Part shown: piece by piece, positions 24,868 through 38,019 of the stretch
Layout: each line of letters begins with the position of its first letter
Position numbering within the stretch: position 1 is the stretch's first letter
Source: Mobula hypostoma
Taxonomy: Eukaryota
Assembly (NCBI RefSeq): GCF_963921235.1
Contig: NC_086118.1
Location: 21,206,001 to 21,270,000, forward strand
Direction: 5' to 3'
Length of the DNA: 64,000 bases
The notes under the pieces: model-generated
Told to the model about the DNA's origin: nothing
Seen by the model: the letters and a program-made list of their open reading frames with translations, nothing else
Database searches by the model: none
Position numbers and translations under genes: made by a program

Positions 24868-25575
24868 AAGATGGTGCCAGGAAGTGTGACTCTTTGTGTG
24901 CAGCTCCATAGGGAATTGTCAAATATTCCCATTTAGGACTACTACAGCTGAAATCTATGACCACAGGCATGGGTACTTCAGAAAAAGTTATATTGTTCTA
25001 TGATGTTGAAAAAATCTATCCATCTTCACAATCGGTGGACTCCAGACTGCAGACCCGGGTTGCAAGTGCAGTTTCTCTTTAAGAAAGCATTGATGAGAAC
25101 TGGCTGGTGGTGCAACGACATCGGCGCCGGACCTGGGAGCGGAGGTTCCCAGGTTTGAAACCAGTCGGGTCTGCCCCCGAGTACGCTTTCCATCCGTGCC
25201 AGGTTGAGCGTCGAGACCTCGTAAAATAAAGGGAAAATACTGCGAAAATGTCTGTGTGAGTAGTGGCGAGCCACAGAGTCTCCCTCTCGCTCCACGCCTT
25301 GTAAAAAGCCATGAAAAAAAGACATCATCACGGACACACGCAGGCACACGCCAAAAAAAAGCATGGATGAAGTGCTAGGCTGCAGTTGAAAGTGAAATGC
25401 AGGGCCCTGAGGCCCTCACTCCCAACAAACTGCCTGGATAATGTACACTCTAGGGAAAATAACATTTAAGACCTCAAAGCAAGACTGCCGTATCAGAGGG
25501 ACATCAGCGACCGCTGTATACTTTGGTTCACAGAAACCTGGCTGAACCCCAGCATGCCGGACACAGCACTTGGAC
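24868..25575 (+). mobile_element. Rex1/Babar LINE 5' region (start of endonuclease), interrupted by a SINE
   Basis: AAGATGG head; PSLPT.CLDNVHS.ENN..DLKARL.YQRDISD.CILWFTETWL resembles the Rex1 APE N-terminus. Confidence 0.7.
25097..25357 (+). mobile_element. tRNA-derived SINE with oligo(A) tail
   Basis: A-box-like TGGTGCAACG and B-box-like GGTTTGAAACC; CpG-rich; A8 tail; 13-bp TSD AAAGCAT(T/G)GATGA at 25084-25096 and 25358-25370. Confidence 0.8.
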
Positions 25576-25614
25576 CACCAGCTCATTAATACTGTTAAGG
25601 ATCTTACCCTGAAC

Positions 25615-26130
25615 AATGCACTGTCTCATTGTATTAGATCTACCAAGGTGCAGCACTTCACATTTGGCCAGATTAAAATCCATCTGTCATTCCTCCATCC
25701 ATATCTGCAACTGATCTACATCCCACCATATTCTTTGACAGTCTTCTATGCTATCCGCAACAACCAATCTTCATATCATCTGCAAACTTACTAACCATCT
25801 AGCCTTTCATTCAGGGCATTTATATACATCATAAACAGCACAGGTCCCAGTACAGATCCCTGTGGAACACTACTGATGATAAACCTCCAGCTGGAATAAG
25901 TCCCTTTCACCGCTACCCTCTGTCTTCTATGGGAAAGCCAGTTCTGAATCCAAACTGCCAATTTCCCACGGATCCCATGCATCTGAATCTTCTGGATGAG
26001 CCTCCCACAAGGAACCCTGTCAAATGCCTTACTAAAGTCCACAGCTCCACCTTAATCAATCACCCTCCTCACCTCATCAAAAATCTCAATCAAGTAGTAA
26101 GACACAACTTGCCCACACAAAGCCATGCTG
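25615..26130 (-). mobile_element. CR1 RT fragment
   Basis: DFSKAFDRVP..WIQNWL..RQRV..VPQGSVLGP. Confidence 0.88.
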
Positions 26131-26134
26131 CTGG

Positions 26135-26920
26135 CTCTCCACGAGTTAGAGACAGAATTGGATGTACATCAACTCTAGCAGGGTTTGCAGGTTATTACTT
26201 TCAACAAGGCAAAACCCAACCTCATAAATGGCAATGATGCTTCACTCCCAGATGAGTGCAACACCTTTTATGCACGTTTTTAAAGGGCGAATAAAACTAC
26301 ACCTGCTGCATCTGGGGACCCTGTGATATTTGTCTCAGAGGCCGACAAAAGGAACATCTTTCAAGAAGATGAAACCTCACAAGGCATCAGGCCCTGATGA
26401 TGTACGTGTTAGGACACTGAAAACCTGTTCCGACCAACACATGTTCAAGGACATCTTCAATCTCTCACTAGTGCAGTCAGAGGTTTCACCTGCTTAGACC
26501 ATAGGACCATAAGAGATAGGAGCAGAATTAGGCCATTCAGCCCATCAAGTCTACTCCACCATTTCATCATGGCTGATCCCAAATCCCATGCAACCCCATA
26601 CACCTGCCCTCTCACCATATCCGCTGAAACCCTGACCAATCAGGAATCTATCAACTTCTGCTTTAAATATATCCACGGACTTGGCTTCCACCACAGTCTG
26701 TGGTAAAGTTTCAGCCCAAGAAGAACTGGCTGAACTGCTCAACGACTATTGCCCAGTTGCACTCACGTCTACAGTGATGAAGTGCGTGGAGAAATTTATC
26801 AAGGCTTGAATTAACTCCTGGCCCCACTGCAAGTTGTCTACCACCACAATAGTTCTACAGTGGATGTCATCTCATTCGCTCTCCACTCAACCTTGAACCA
26901 CCTAGACAAGAGCAATAACA
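26135..26920 (+). mobile_element. Rex1/Babar RT fragment, interrupted by a minus-strand CR1 3' end (about 26497-26706)
   Basis: KASGPD, DIFNLSL and NDYCPVALTSTVMKC motifs; the CR1 insert shows VEAKSVDIFKAEVDRFL and a (CTTATGGT)-type tail. Confidence 0.75.
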
Positions 26921-26924
26921 AACT

Positions 26925-28275
26925 AAAGAAAATCTACAGATGCTGGAAATCATAGCAGCACACAATGCTGGAGAAACCCAGCAGGCCAGGCAGCATCTAT
27001 GGAAAAGAGTCCAGTCAACGTTTCGGGCCAAGACCCTTCATCAGGGCTGGAAAGAAAAAGACGAGGAGTCAGAGTTAGAAGATGGGGGGGAAGGCAGGAA
27101 GAAACACAAACTGATAGGTGAAACTGGGGGGTGGGGTGGTGAAGTAAAGAGCTGGGAAGTTGATTGGAAAAAGAGATACAGGGCTGGAGAAGGAGGGGAC
27201 CTGTTTGGAGAGGACAGAAGGCCATGGAAGAAAGTAAAGGGGGGAGGTGCACTTGAGGGAGGAGATGGGCAGGCAAGGAGATAAGGTGAGAGAGGGAAAT
27301 GGAAATGAGGAATGGTGAAGGGGGGGGGGGGTGCATAACCAGAAGTTTGAGAAATTGATGTTCATGCCATCAGGTTGGAGGCTGCCCGATATGGAATATA
27401 AGGTTTTGCTCCTCCAACCCAAGGAGACCATGGACCGACATGTCAGAATGGGAATGGGAAGTGGAATTAAAATGGGTAGCCACTGGCAGATCCTGCTTTT
27501 TCTGGACGATGGTGCATAGATGCTCGGCGAACTGGTCTCCCAATCTACGTCAAGTCTCACCAATATACAGGAGGCCACACCGGGAGCACCGGATACAGTA
27601 GATGACCCAACAGACTCACGGGTGAAGTGTTCGCCTCACTGTCTAGGGCCCTGAATGGTAGTCAGGGAGGAGGTGTAGGGGCAGGTGTAGCACTTGTTCC
27701 GCTTGCAAGGATAAGTGCCGGGAGGGAGATCATTGGGGAGGGACTAATGGACAAGGGAGTCACACAGGGAGAGAAAGCAGAAAGTGGAGGGGTGGGAAGA
27801 GGGAAAGATGTGTTTGTCGGAGGGATATTGTTGGAGATGGCAGAAGTTACAGAGAATTACGTGCGGTACGTGGAGGCTGGTGGGGTGGTAGGTGAGGAAA
27901 AGAGGAACTCTATCCCGGCTGGGATGGCTGGAGGATGGGGTGATGGCAGACATGCGCAAAATGGAAGAGATGTGGTTGAGGGCAGCGTTGATGGTGGAGG
28001 AAAGGAAGCCCCTTTCTTTGAAGAAGGGGCACATCTCTTTTGTTCTGGAATGAAAAGACTCATCCTGATAGCAAACGTGGTGGAAACAGAGGAATTGAGA
28101 GAAGGGAATGGCACTTTTACAAGTAACAGGGTGGGAAGAGTCAGTGGGTTTATAATAGACACCAGTAGATAAGCTGTCCTCGGAGATAGAGACAGAGAGA
28201 TTGAGAAAGGGGAAGGAGGTGTCTGAAATGGACCACGTAAATTTGAGAGCATGGTAGAAGTTGGAGGCTAAGTTG
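26925..28275 (-). mobile_element. Penelope-like element (PLE): RT thumb, Cys-finger, GIY-YIG endonuclease and 3' terminal repeat
   Basis: YYKPTDS.HP..CKSAIPFSQFL, FKERGF, PLFLTYHP, PGTYPCKRNKCYTCP and VIYCIRCSRCGLLYIGET*RRLGDQFAEH on the minus strand; broken by frameshifts. Confidence 0.88.
27012..27049 (-). ncRNA. Minimal type-I hammerhead ribozyme in the PLE 3' terminal repeat
   Basis: Reverse complement is CAGCC CTGATGA AGGGTCTTGGCCC GAAAC GTT GACTG: intact core, stem II GGG/CCC, GUU cleavage triplet, stem I with one mismatch. Confidence 0.8.
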
Positions 28276-29544
28276 TTTTTTTCCTTTTCCTTTTCTTTGT
28301 ATACTCTGTGCTTATTTTATAATTTTTATGTTCTTTTCATCTTGTTTTTCTCTCTCTTACCTCAACCACTGCCTCACCTTATGGTGACCTTTCTTTTGTC
28401 ACATCTGTTCCTTTCCAACTTCCCTGCAACTTAAAACCAAGTTGTTTCCTATTACAGCTCCAGTAAAGTATCTTTCACCTGTAAGATTAACTCTGTCTCT
28501 TTCTCTGCAGATACTGCCTGACCCACTGAGTGTTTCCAGCATTGTCTGCTCTTGTTTCGCACAGAAAACCTTTCTCCACTGTCAAACAACTGCTGAGTTT
28601 CTGCCGCAATCCGAGCAGTGCCAGGTCACTAAGGACAGAGAGGTGAAAACTGAGGGGATTCATAAATCCCTTTCCAGACTTCTATTCATCTTTTAATTAC
28701 AATGAATGACACCTATCCGTATGGTTAACTCAGCAAACCCTGTCATTCCCATCCCCCCCACATAATTCATTGTACCTTCTGCTCTAGCAGTTGTCCAAAA
28801 CATCTCCCTGATCCTCCAACTACAACAGAACAATTTACATTACCCAATTAACCTTCCACATAGACAGCAGCAGAAGTCCGGTCATGAACTATGTGTAGGA
28901 TCAAAATGACATTGACGTAATGCAACACTGCAAGACTATTGAAGGTCTCTGTTGACATCATGTTTTGACCACACTAGACCTTATGTGGCAGCTTTAAACC
29001 GTATTTGGGGTGGATGTACCTTCAAATGTGGTGAATTAAGGTACATTGTACAAATCACATCAAACAGAATTTGAGAATAATCTCTCTCAGCATGTCTAAC
29101 CAAACGTTGATTACATCATCAAACCATTGATGCTTATACAGAGAAGTACATCATTGCAACCTAGGTGGCCTAAATAATTGAACACAGGGTGATCCTTTCA
29201 GAGGAATTAAAATAAACTCAAAATCCATTTAATGCAATTAAAGAAATGTAAGTGACTGAGGTGGCAGTTTGCTTACGGGCTTACTTTCATTTCACACTCC
29301 TTCGATTGAAGCTGCTAGTAAATTCATTTTGTTTTATTCAACCTTTAATCACTTTTTATTTCATATCAGTTTGGTTGTATACATAAACACAAGAGATTTT
29401 GCAGATGCTGGAGATCCAGAGCAACGCACTTAAAAAAGCTGTAAGTACACTCAGCAGCTCAGGCAGCATCTATGGAGGGGAATAAACAGTCAGCGTTCTG
29501 GACTGAGTCCCTTCATCAGGACTGGTTCCCTTCCATAGATACTG

Positions 29545-30290
29545 CCTCTGAATAGCCCCATGCATCTGGATCCTCAGCTTCCTAACCCGAAGAACACAAT
29601 CTGTGTGGATAACATCTCCACCTCGCTGACCACCAACAATGGTGTACCTCAGGGGTGTGTGCTCAGCCCACTGCTCTACTCCCTCTACACCCATGACTGT
29701 GTGGCTCGGCACAGCTCAAGTACCCTCTATAAATTTGCTGATGATACAACTGTTGTCAGCAGAATTTCAGATGGTGACAAGAAGGCGTACAGGAATGAAA
29801 TACATCAGCTAATTCAGTGGTGTCGCAACAATAACCTTGCACTCAACGTCAGTAAGACCAAAAGAGTGATTGTGGACTTCAGAAAGGGCGAGATGAGGAA
29901 ACACACCAGTCCTCATAGAGGGATCAGAAGTGGTGAGGGACAGCAATGCAAGTTGCTGAATGTCAATATCTCTAAGAACCTAACCTGGACCCAACATATC
30001 AATGTAGTTACAATGAAAGCATGACAGCAGCTATATTTCATTAGGAGTTCGAGGAGATTTGGTATGTCACGAAGGACACTCGCAAATTTCTACAGATGTA
30101 CCCTGGACAGCATTCAAACTGGCTGGCTGCATCACTGTCCGTTATGGGGGGGGGGTGATGCTATTGCACAGGAATTGAAATAAGCTCATTCAGCTCCATC
30201 ATGGGCATAGACCTCTGTAGTGTCCAGGACATCTTCAGGGAGCAATGCATCAAAAAGATGGCATCCACCATTAAGGACCCTCATCACATT
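29545..30290 (+). mobile_element. Rex1/Babar RT fragment
   Basis: GVPQGCVLSPLLYSLYTHDC, YKFADDTTVV and WCRNNNLALNVSKTK. Confidence 0.9.
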
Positions 30291-30509
30291 GAACCCATGA
30301 ACACTATCTCACTACTTTTTTGGTACTTTGCTTGCAAAATCATGAACGAATGTCTTCATTGCTACAGGACTTTTCTTCCCGCCTGCGCCATGTAGGTTTA
30401 GAGTGAGGATCGGTGCACACCGCCTGAATCCAAAATGCTGGAGGAACTCAGTAGGTCAGGCAGCATCTAAGGAAGGGGATAAATAGTCAATGTTTCCAGC
30501 CAAACCCTT

Positions 30510-31313
30510 TACTTTACTTTATTGTCGCCAAACAATTGATACTAGAACCTGCAACCATCACAGGGATATTTGATTCTGCGCTTCGCTCTCCCTGGAGTAC
30601 AAATTGATAGTAAATATTAAAAATTTCAATTATAAATCATAAATAGAAAACAGAAAAGGGAAAGTAAGGTAGTGCAAAAAAAACCGAGAGGCAGGTCCAG
30701 ATATTTGGAGGGTACAGCCCAGATCCGGGTCAGGATCTGTTCAGCAGTCTTATCACAGTTGGAAAGAAGCTGTTCCCAAATCTGGCCGTACGAGTCTTCA
30801 AGCTCCTGAGCCTTCTCCCAGAGGGAAGAGGGACGAAAAGTGTGTTGGCTGGGTGGGTCGTGGCCTTGATTATCCTGGCAGCACTGCTCCGACAGCGTGC
30901 AGTGTAAAGTGAGTCCAAGGACGGAAGATTGGTTTGTGTGATGTGCTGTGCTGTGTTCATGATCCTCTGCACCTTCTTCCGGTCTTGGACAGGACAACTT
31001 CCATACCAGGTTGTGATGCACCTTAGGAGAGTGCTTTCTACGGTGCATCTATAAAAATTAGTGAGGGTTTTAGGGGACAGGCCAAACTTCTTTCGCTCTC
31101 TCAGGAAGTAAAGCTGCTGGTGGGCCTTCTTGGCAGTGGACTCTGCTTGGTTGGACCAGGTCTGGTCATTTGTGATATTGACCCCGAGGAACTTAAAGCT
31201 TTTGACCTGTTCCATTTGCGCACCACCAATGTAAATGGGGTCGTGTGGTCCGCTACTCCTTCTGAAGTCAACAACCAATTCCTTCGTCTTGCTGACGTTG
31301 AGGAATAGGTTAT
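30510..31313 (-). mobile_element. Rex1/Babar LINE 3' end with (AAAGT)n tail, inserted into a PLE terminal repeat
   Basis: 182-aa open frame VVDFRR..FKFLGV..KKAHQQLYFLR..FYRCTVES..LPSGRR..NSFFPTVIRLLN. Confidence 0.92.
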
Positions 31314-34300
31314 CATCAGGACTTTCCCCAAACCATCAGCTGTTTACTTCCCTCCATAGAGCTGCCAGACTTGCTGAGTACCTCTAACATTTTGTGAGCA
31401 CGGACTGAATGAGAGGGATTGTGAAGAACTGGCACTTACCAGCACTCATGGGTCACATAAGGCCACCCACTAGAAACTTGCACCCATAATCAGATCATGA
31501 ACTCATAACCTCCTGTGCCCACTGCTCACACTTAAAAATGGCCCTTCCTTGACCTCCAGTCATCTTACTGCAACTTAAACCAATTTTCAGATGCAAGTGA
31601 TTCGGCAGATGCTGGAAATCTTGAGTAACAGACTCAAAATGTTGGAGAAACACAGCAGGCCAGACAGCATTTATAATGGAAGGAAGTAAACAGTCAGCAT
31701 TCGTTTCTCTCCATACGTACTGCCTGACCTGCAGAATTCCTCCATCATTTTGTGCATGTTAAACCAGTTTGCAACACCCTTTTGTCTACAGCTGATTTTC
31801 CTCTTGTTTTTAATTTGTTATTGCACTACTTATCTTAATATAACTATTTAATATACATATATATACTTACTGTAATTCAGTTTTTTTTATATTTATCATG
31901 TATTGCATTGTACTGCTGCCACAAAGTTAACAAATTTCACAACATGAAATTTGATATTAAACTTGCTATTAAGCTGGTGACACTGAACCTGATTCTGATT
32001 CCTCATGGATGATGTGATGATGCAGGAGGCAGACAAAGGCCCTTCTCCATTGAGGCTCCACAGGGCATTGCACTAGTATCTACATTTCTTTAAGGAGCAT
32101 GGTCACTGCAGGCTATACTGTACAAGGTTGACATCTGTGACCTCAGAGAGAGTAAAGCACAGGCTCATGGAGCTGGCAGCAGAAGTCAAGCTCATTCTCA
32201 CTTTTACATTCAGGATCATTCCCGACACCTGCTGATGTAAGCCACATATCACAGTTTGCTGATCACTGGGGCTTTACAGGGGTCAATGACACTCTGCTTC
32301 ACAAAACAGACAGACTTCACAATGCTGCTGCATAAGAGAACTCAGCAAAACAGAAGAAATGTTGCTATCTTTTAAGCGTTTCAAAACAGCAATGAGAAGC
32401 CATGTAATGTCTAAACCCCAAAGTGATGCAGATGAATCTCTAAGCCAAAAAAATAGTATACCAAGATGTAGAACAGTTAATATGCTGTTCAATAACATAT
32501 TCACCAGTTTGTTTGCAGAAGACCTCTGGTCCATTTTACTGGAAAACCTTTGGATCATAATTAAAACTGTGAACCAGATATCAAAGCACAGAATGAAGGG
32601 AAAGGCAGATGGGCTCGAGATAGAAGGCAGAGGGAAGAAAGCAGAGGGGTAGGTTATAGTGAAACACATTAAGAAAGCATTAAAAAAAACCTGAAAGATT
32701 AGGAATAAGGATGCCAGAGAACGTTGAAGTGCATCTGGAGGAAGTCCTAACACAACTGCCATCAGATTTATCAATGCACATTGATCTGATTGCATATCTG
32801 ACTGAACGTTGTATCTGACTGTTCATACATGTATACAAAACAATTATGTATACATCTTAGTGTTTAGGCAATATCCTACTATATTTCCCTTCCTTATTGC
32901 TTGTGCATTGTGATGGAGACACAACATAAAGATTTTTACTCCCTCATGTTGTGAGATGGACGTAAGAAATAAAATAAATTCTATTTTCTAAAAAAAATGC
33001 TAAAAATGGAACAAAGAAATAGGTGAGTAAAGCAGCACATCAACACATCTTTCCTGAAACTTTCTGTCCTGTCCTAGTTCTCCATGTAGTTATCAAAGAA
33101 ACTTTAAAACAAAAGTACAAACTCACGTTGGGACAATGCACATTTTCAGCAAAAAGTTAAAGCATAATCCTCCAGGCCTATGATTTGGAGACTTTCCTGG
33201 GGCACTGCCAAAACGTACACTTGAAGACAGCTCACTGAAAACACGGCACACACTGTAAGTGAAAATACTTCAAGAATATTTACCTCTAATTTTTCAAGAA
33301 GATCAAAGCAGTAGTTAGAGAAAGAAAAAAAACAAGCTGCTGCTTTCTGAGGCTCAGGCATCAGCTTTGAAACTCAGGAATGTGAGCACTATTGTCAAGG
33401 CTGCCATTCATTGTCCATCTCCATTTGTTTACTGAACTAAGAAACTGGTTGGGCCACTTCGGAGTCCGGCACAGGACAGATCAGGTTAAATCAACCAAAT
33501 GTTTTTTTCCAAAACAATCTAGCAGTGTCATGGTCATTAGTTTTAAAAGTTTTTTTTAATATATTTTTTAATTACTTGAAATTAATTTTGCCAACTGTTG
33601 CAGTGGACTTCAAACCAATGTCTCCACATCAAGAGCTCCACGCTTCTGTATTCTAGTCCATTAATGTACCAATGATACTAATTAGCGTTAACCATGACAT
33701 GAATGGCTGTGATTTCTGGGGGTGGAAATGTATCCACCAAATGTGACAAAATGGTCAGTCAGGTACATTCTTCAAATCCACTCTCCTGAACTATTTCTTC
33801 TTCTATGAAGGTGATTGGTATTGAGATTACGTGGCTTCCAAATTGCTATCCCTACATGCCCCAATCCACTTATCTTCACTAATGCTAGGCTAAAGAAAAA
33901 TACCAGCTGCTCAGGTTTTATTTTAAAATTGCTACTAACCATTGATCAGGTCCGACAACTTTTGCAGACATCTGGAATTTTGGTTAAGTCTCCTCTAAAA
34001 CTTCAACAATATTTTTTTTTGCTATTTTCCCTCTCCTGTATCAGTCAGCAATGCAAAACCACTCTTTGCAAAGAAACTTTCATTAAAACAATCCTCAGTT
34101 CAACAGCAAGCAGCTGTTTTTCATTAATCTGGGTACTTACAGTGGCTTTTCTTACAATGAAAATAGGGCTAGTTTCATTTCACATTTTTTTTTCCATTTC
34201 AATGTCATCTCAGGCCAAATATTTCTTGAAGGTGCTGTTCAAAGCACATTTCGAGCTTTCCTCAATACCTGTGCAGAGGAAATAGGTAAGTTTCCCAAAG

Positions 34301-34844
34301 AGAAAGCAAAGATAAACAACAAAGCAATTGTACAGAAGAATGATGCCTGCAGTTTATTTCAAAGAGAAACTAAACACTTACAGTGAGAGGTGAACACACT
34401 TAAAACTTCAGAAATACAAATAGAATTGTACTTACTTAAAAGGATTTAGCCCATTCTTATAACTCCTTAATTTGCTTAAAACAAAAAAAAGATCAGAGTG
34501 CATTTATATTTGATCTTGACATAGAATATAGAACATTCCATCACAGGAAAATGTCCTCTGGTCCACCAGGGAGGAGTATTTTTCTGTTCCACCAGGATCA
34601 TCTGTCACATCTGATATGATGTAGGTTGTCCAATTTGTAAACTTACAGATGGCTCAACAATTGGTGGGGTTGTGGATATAGAGAAAGACAGTCAAAGAAT
34701 ACCGCAGAATATTTTGGGTGGAGAAACAACAGATAACATCAGAGAAATGAGTATAAATTCTGGGAAATCAGGTTGTGACTGTATAAACCTTTGGTTTGGC
34801 CTCATTTGGAGCATTGTGTGCATCTCTCGTCACTACTCTAGTCA

Positions 34845-37313
34845 GCACTCTAGTCAGCATGGCTTTGTGCAAGGTAGATCATGTCTACCTAATCCTACAG
34901 AGTTTTTCAACAGACAATAGACAATACGTGCAGGAGTAGGCCATTCGGCCCTTGGAGCCAGCACCACCATTCACTGTGATCATGGCTGATCATCCACAAT
35001 CAGTATCCAATTCCTGCCTTATCCCCATAACCTTTGATTCCGCTATCTTTAAGAGCTCTCTCCATCTCTTTCTTTAAAGCATCCAGAGACTTGGCCTCCA
35101 CAGCCTTCTGGGGCACAGCATTCCATATATCCACCACTCTCTGGGTGAAAAAGTTTTTCCTCAACTCCGTTCTAAATGGCCTACCCCTCATTCTTAAACT
35201 GTGGCCTCTGGTTCTAGACTCACCCATCAGCGGGAACATGCGTCCTGCCTCCGGTGTGTCCAATCCCTTAATAATCTTATATGTTTCAATAAGATCCCCT
35301 CTCAGCCTTCTAAATTCCAGAGTATACAAGCCCAGTTGCTCCAATCTTTCGACATATGACAGTCCCGCCATCCCAGGAATTAACCTTGTGAACCTACGCT
35401 GCACTCCCTCAATAGCAAGAATGTCCTTCCTCAAATTTGGAGACCAAAACCGCACACAATACTCCAGGTGTGGTCTCACCAGGGCCCTATACAGCTGCAG
35501 AAGGACCTCTTTGCTCTTATACTCAATTCTCAGTTATGAAGGCCAGCATGCCATTAGCTTTCTTCACAGCCTACTGTACTTGCATGCTTACTTTCAGTGA
35601 CTGATGAACAAGAACACCTAGATCTCGTTGTACTTCCCGTTTTCCTAACTTGACTCCATTTAGATAATAATCTGCCTTCCCGTTCTTACCACCAAAGTGG
35701 ATAACCTCACATGTATCCACATTAAACTGCATCTGCCATGCATCTGCCCACTCACCCAACCTGTCCAAGTCACCCTGCATTCTCATAACATCCTCCTCAC
35801 ATTTCACACTGCCACCCAGCTTTGTGTCATCGGCAAATTTGCTGATGTTACTTTTAATTCCCTCACCTAAATCATTAATGTATATTGTAAATAGCTGCGG
35901 TCCCAGCACTGAACCCTGCAGTACCCCACTGGTCACCACCTGCCATTCCAAAAGGGACCCATTAATCGCTACTCTTTGTTTTCTGTCAGCCAGCCAATTT
36001 TCAATCCATGTCAGTACTCTGCCCCCAATACCATGTGCCCTAATTTTGCCCACTAATCTCCTATGTGGGACTTTATCAAAGACTTTCTGAAAGTCCAGGT
36101 ACACTACATCCACTGGCTCTCCCTTGTCCATTTTCATAGTTACATCCTCAAAAAATTCCAGAAGATTAGTCAAGCATGGTTTTCCCTTCGTAAATCCAAG
36201 GAAGTTACTAGGAAAGTTGATGAAGACAAGGCAGTGGATATTGTTTACATGGACTTCAGCAAGGTATTTGACAAGGTCCTGCATGGGAGGTTGGTCAAGA
36301 AGGTTCGGTCACTTGGCATTCAGTATGAGGCAGTAAATTGGATTAGACATTGGCTTTGTAGGAGAAGTCAGAGAATGGTAGTAGATGGTTGCCTCTCTGA
36401 CTGGGGGCCTGTGACTAGTGGAGGGCCACAGGGATCTGAGCTGGGTCCATTGTCAATGACCTGGATGATAATATGTTTAACTGGATCAGCAAATTTGCAG
36501 ATGACACCAAGGCCGGGCGTGTAGTGAACAGTGAGGAAGACTATCAAAGTTTGCAGTGGGATCTGGACCAGCTGGAAAAACTGGCCGATAGAATTTGATC
36601 CAGACAAGTGTGAGGTATTGCACTTTGGGAAGTCTTACACAGGAAGTGGTAGGCACTGAGGAGTACAGGTCCATAGTGGCATCACGGGTAGATAGGGTCG
36701 TTAAGAAAGCTTTTGGCACATTGGCTTTCATAGATCAAAGTACTGAATACAGGAGTTGGGATGTTATGCTTAAGTTGTATAAGACATTGATGAGGCCTAA
36801 CTTGGATATTGTGTGTAGTTCTGGTCACCTATCTACAGGAAAGATGTAAATAAGATTGAAAAAGTACAGAGAAAGTTTACAAGGATGTTGCCAGTACCTG
36901 AGTTGTAAGGAAAGATTGGAACACAGAAGACTGAGGAGGGAATTTGACAGAGATGATGGAAATTATGAGGGATATAGATACGGTAAATGCAAGCGGGCTT
37001 TTTCCACTAACGTTGGATGAGACTACAGTTAGGGGTCAGGGGTTAAGGGTGAAAGGTGAAATGTTTAAGGGGAACAGGTGGGGGAACTTCTTCACTCAGA
37101 GTGTGATAGGAGTGTGGAATGAGCTACACGTGCAAGTGGAGGATGTGATTTTGATATCAACATTTAAGAGAAGTTTCAGTAGGTACATGGACAGGAGGGG
37201 TATGGAGGGCTATGGTCTGGGTGCAGGTCCATGGGAGCGGGCAGTCTAAATGGTTTGGCATGGTCTGGATGGGCCGAAGGGCCTGTTTCTGTGCTGTAGT
37301 TTTCTATGACTCT
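34845..37313 (+). mobile_element. Older CR1 LINE (34845-34910 and 36196-37313), split by a younger antisense CR1
   Basis: SQHGFVQGRSCL.N..EFF on the left continues as KEVTRKVDEDKAVDIVYMDFSK on the right. Confidence 0.88.
34911..36195 (-). mobile_element. Young CR1 LINE, 5'-truncated
   Basis: ORFs 35571..36284 and 35000..35479 (KFADDTKLGG, RPHLEYC); (CTATTGT)n tail. Confidence 0.95.
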
Positions 37314-37893
37314 ACAAGAATGATGTGGAGGCTGTGGAGAAGGTGCAGAAGATGTTCAGCAGAATGTTGGTTGAATGTTAGCTGGAAGGACAGGTTGGAG
37401 AAGTCTGGAATGTTTTCTCTCCAGCATGAAAGGCTACGAGGTGACCAGATAGATGCATATAAAATTATAACAGTCATAGACAGGGTAGATCGCTTCACCA
37501 TGATGGAAATGTCAAATAGTTATGGGAAAAGGTTTAAGGTAAGAGGAGGAAAGATTAAAGGAGATTTGCAAGGCAAGATTGTTTTTAACACAGAGAGTGG
37601 TAGTTGCTTGGAATTCACTGCCAAGGGAGGTGGTAAAAGCAGATTATGACGGAAATGTTTAAGAGGTATTTTGATAGAAACGCAAACAGGCTGGGAACAC
37701 ATTGACTTTGTGGAGGCAGACGGGATTAGTTCAGATTGGCATCGTGGTGGGCACCAACAAGTAGGCCATAGGTGAAAAAACGTTGACTGATCGTTTTCAC
37801 GGATGCTGCCCGACCTGCTGAGTTCCTCCAGCGTGTTGTGAGCGTAGGCCATGGGCCATTTCTGTGCTGTACTGTTCTGTGTTCTATGTTCTA
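37314..37893 (+). mobile_element. Degraded CR1 3' end
   Basis: RLRGDQIDAYKII..IDRVD and FKVRGGK; (TTCTATG)n-type tail. Confidence 0.8.
37770..37843 (+). mobile_element. 74-bp PLE terminal-repeat insertion with 9-bp TSD
   Basis: AAACGTTGACTG...GATGCTGCCCGACCTGCTGAGTTCCTCCAGC flanked by GTAGGCCAT at 37761-37769 and 37844-37852. Confidence 0.8.
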
Positions 37894-38019
37894 AAGTTTC
37901 AAATGAGATAATGAAAAGGACCTTTTTAATGTAATTTATCTTTCATGGATAGAAACAGCATGAGTTTGTTTTACATTTGCAAAGGACTGCAGAAAAGAAA
38001 AATGTAGGATATGTTACCA

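Noticed and set aside
32283..32795. 170-aa hydrophobic ORF as a membrane protein
   Set aside because: No recognisable family; hydrophobicity follows from the T-rich minus strand, and the ORF crosses a splice-acceptor-like site.
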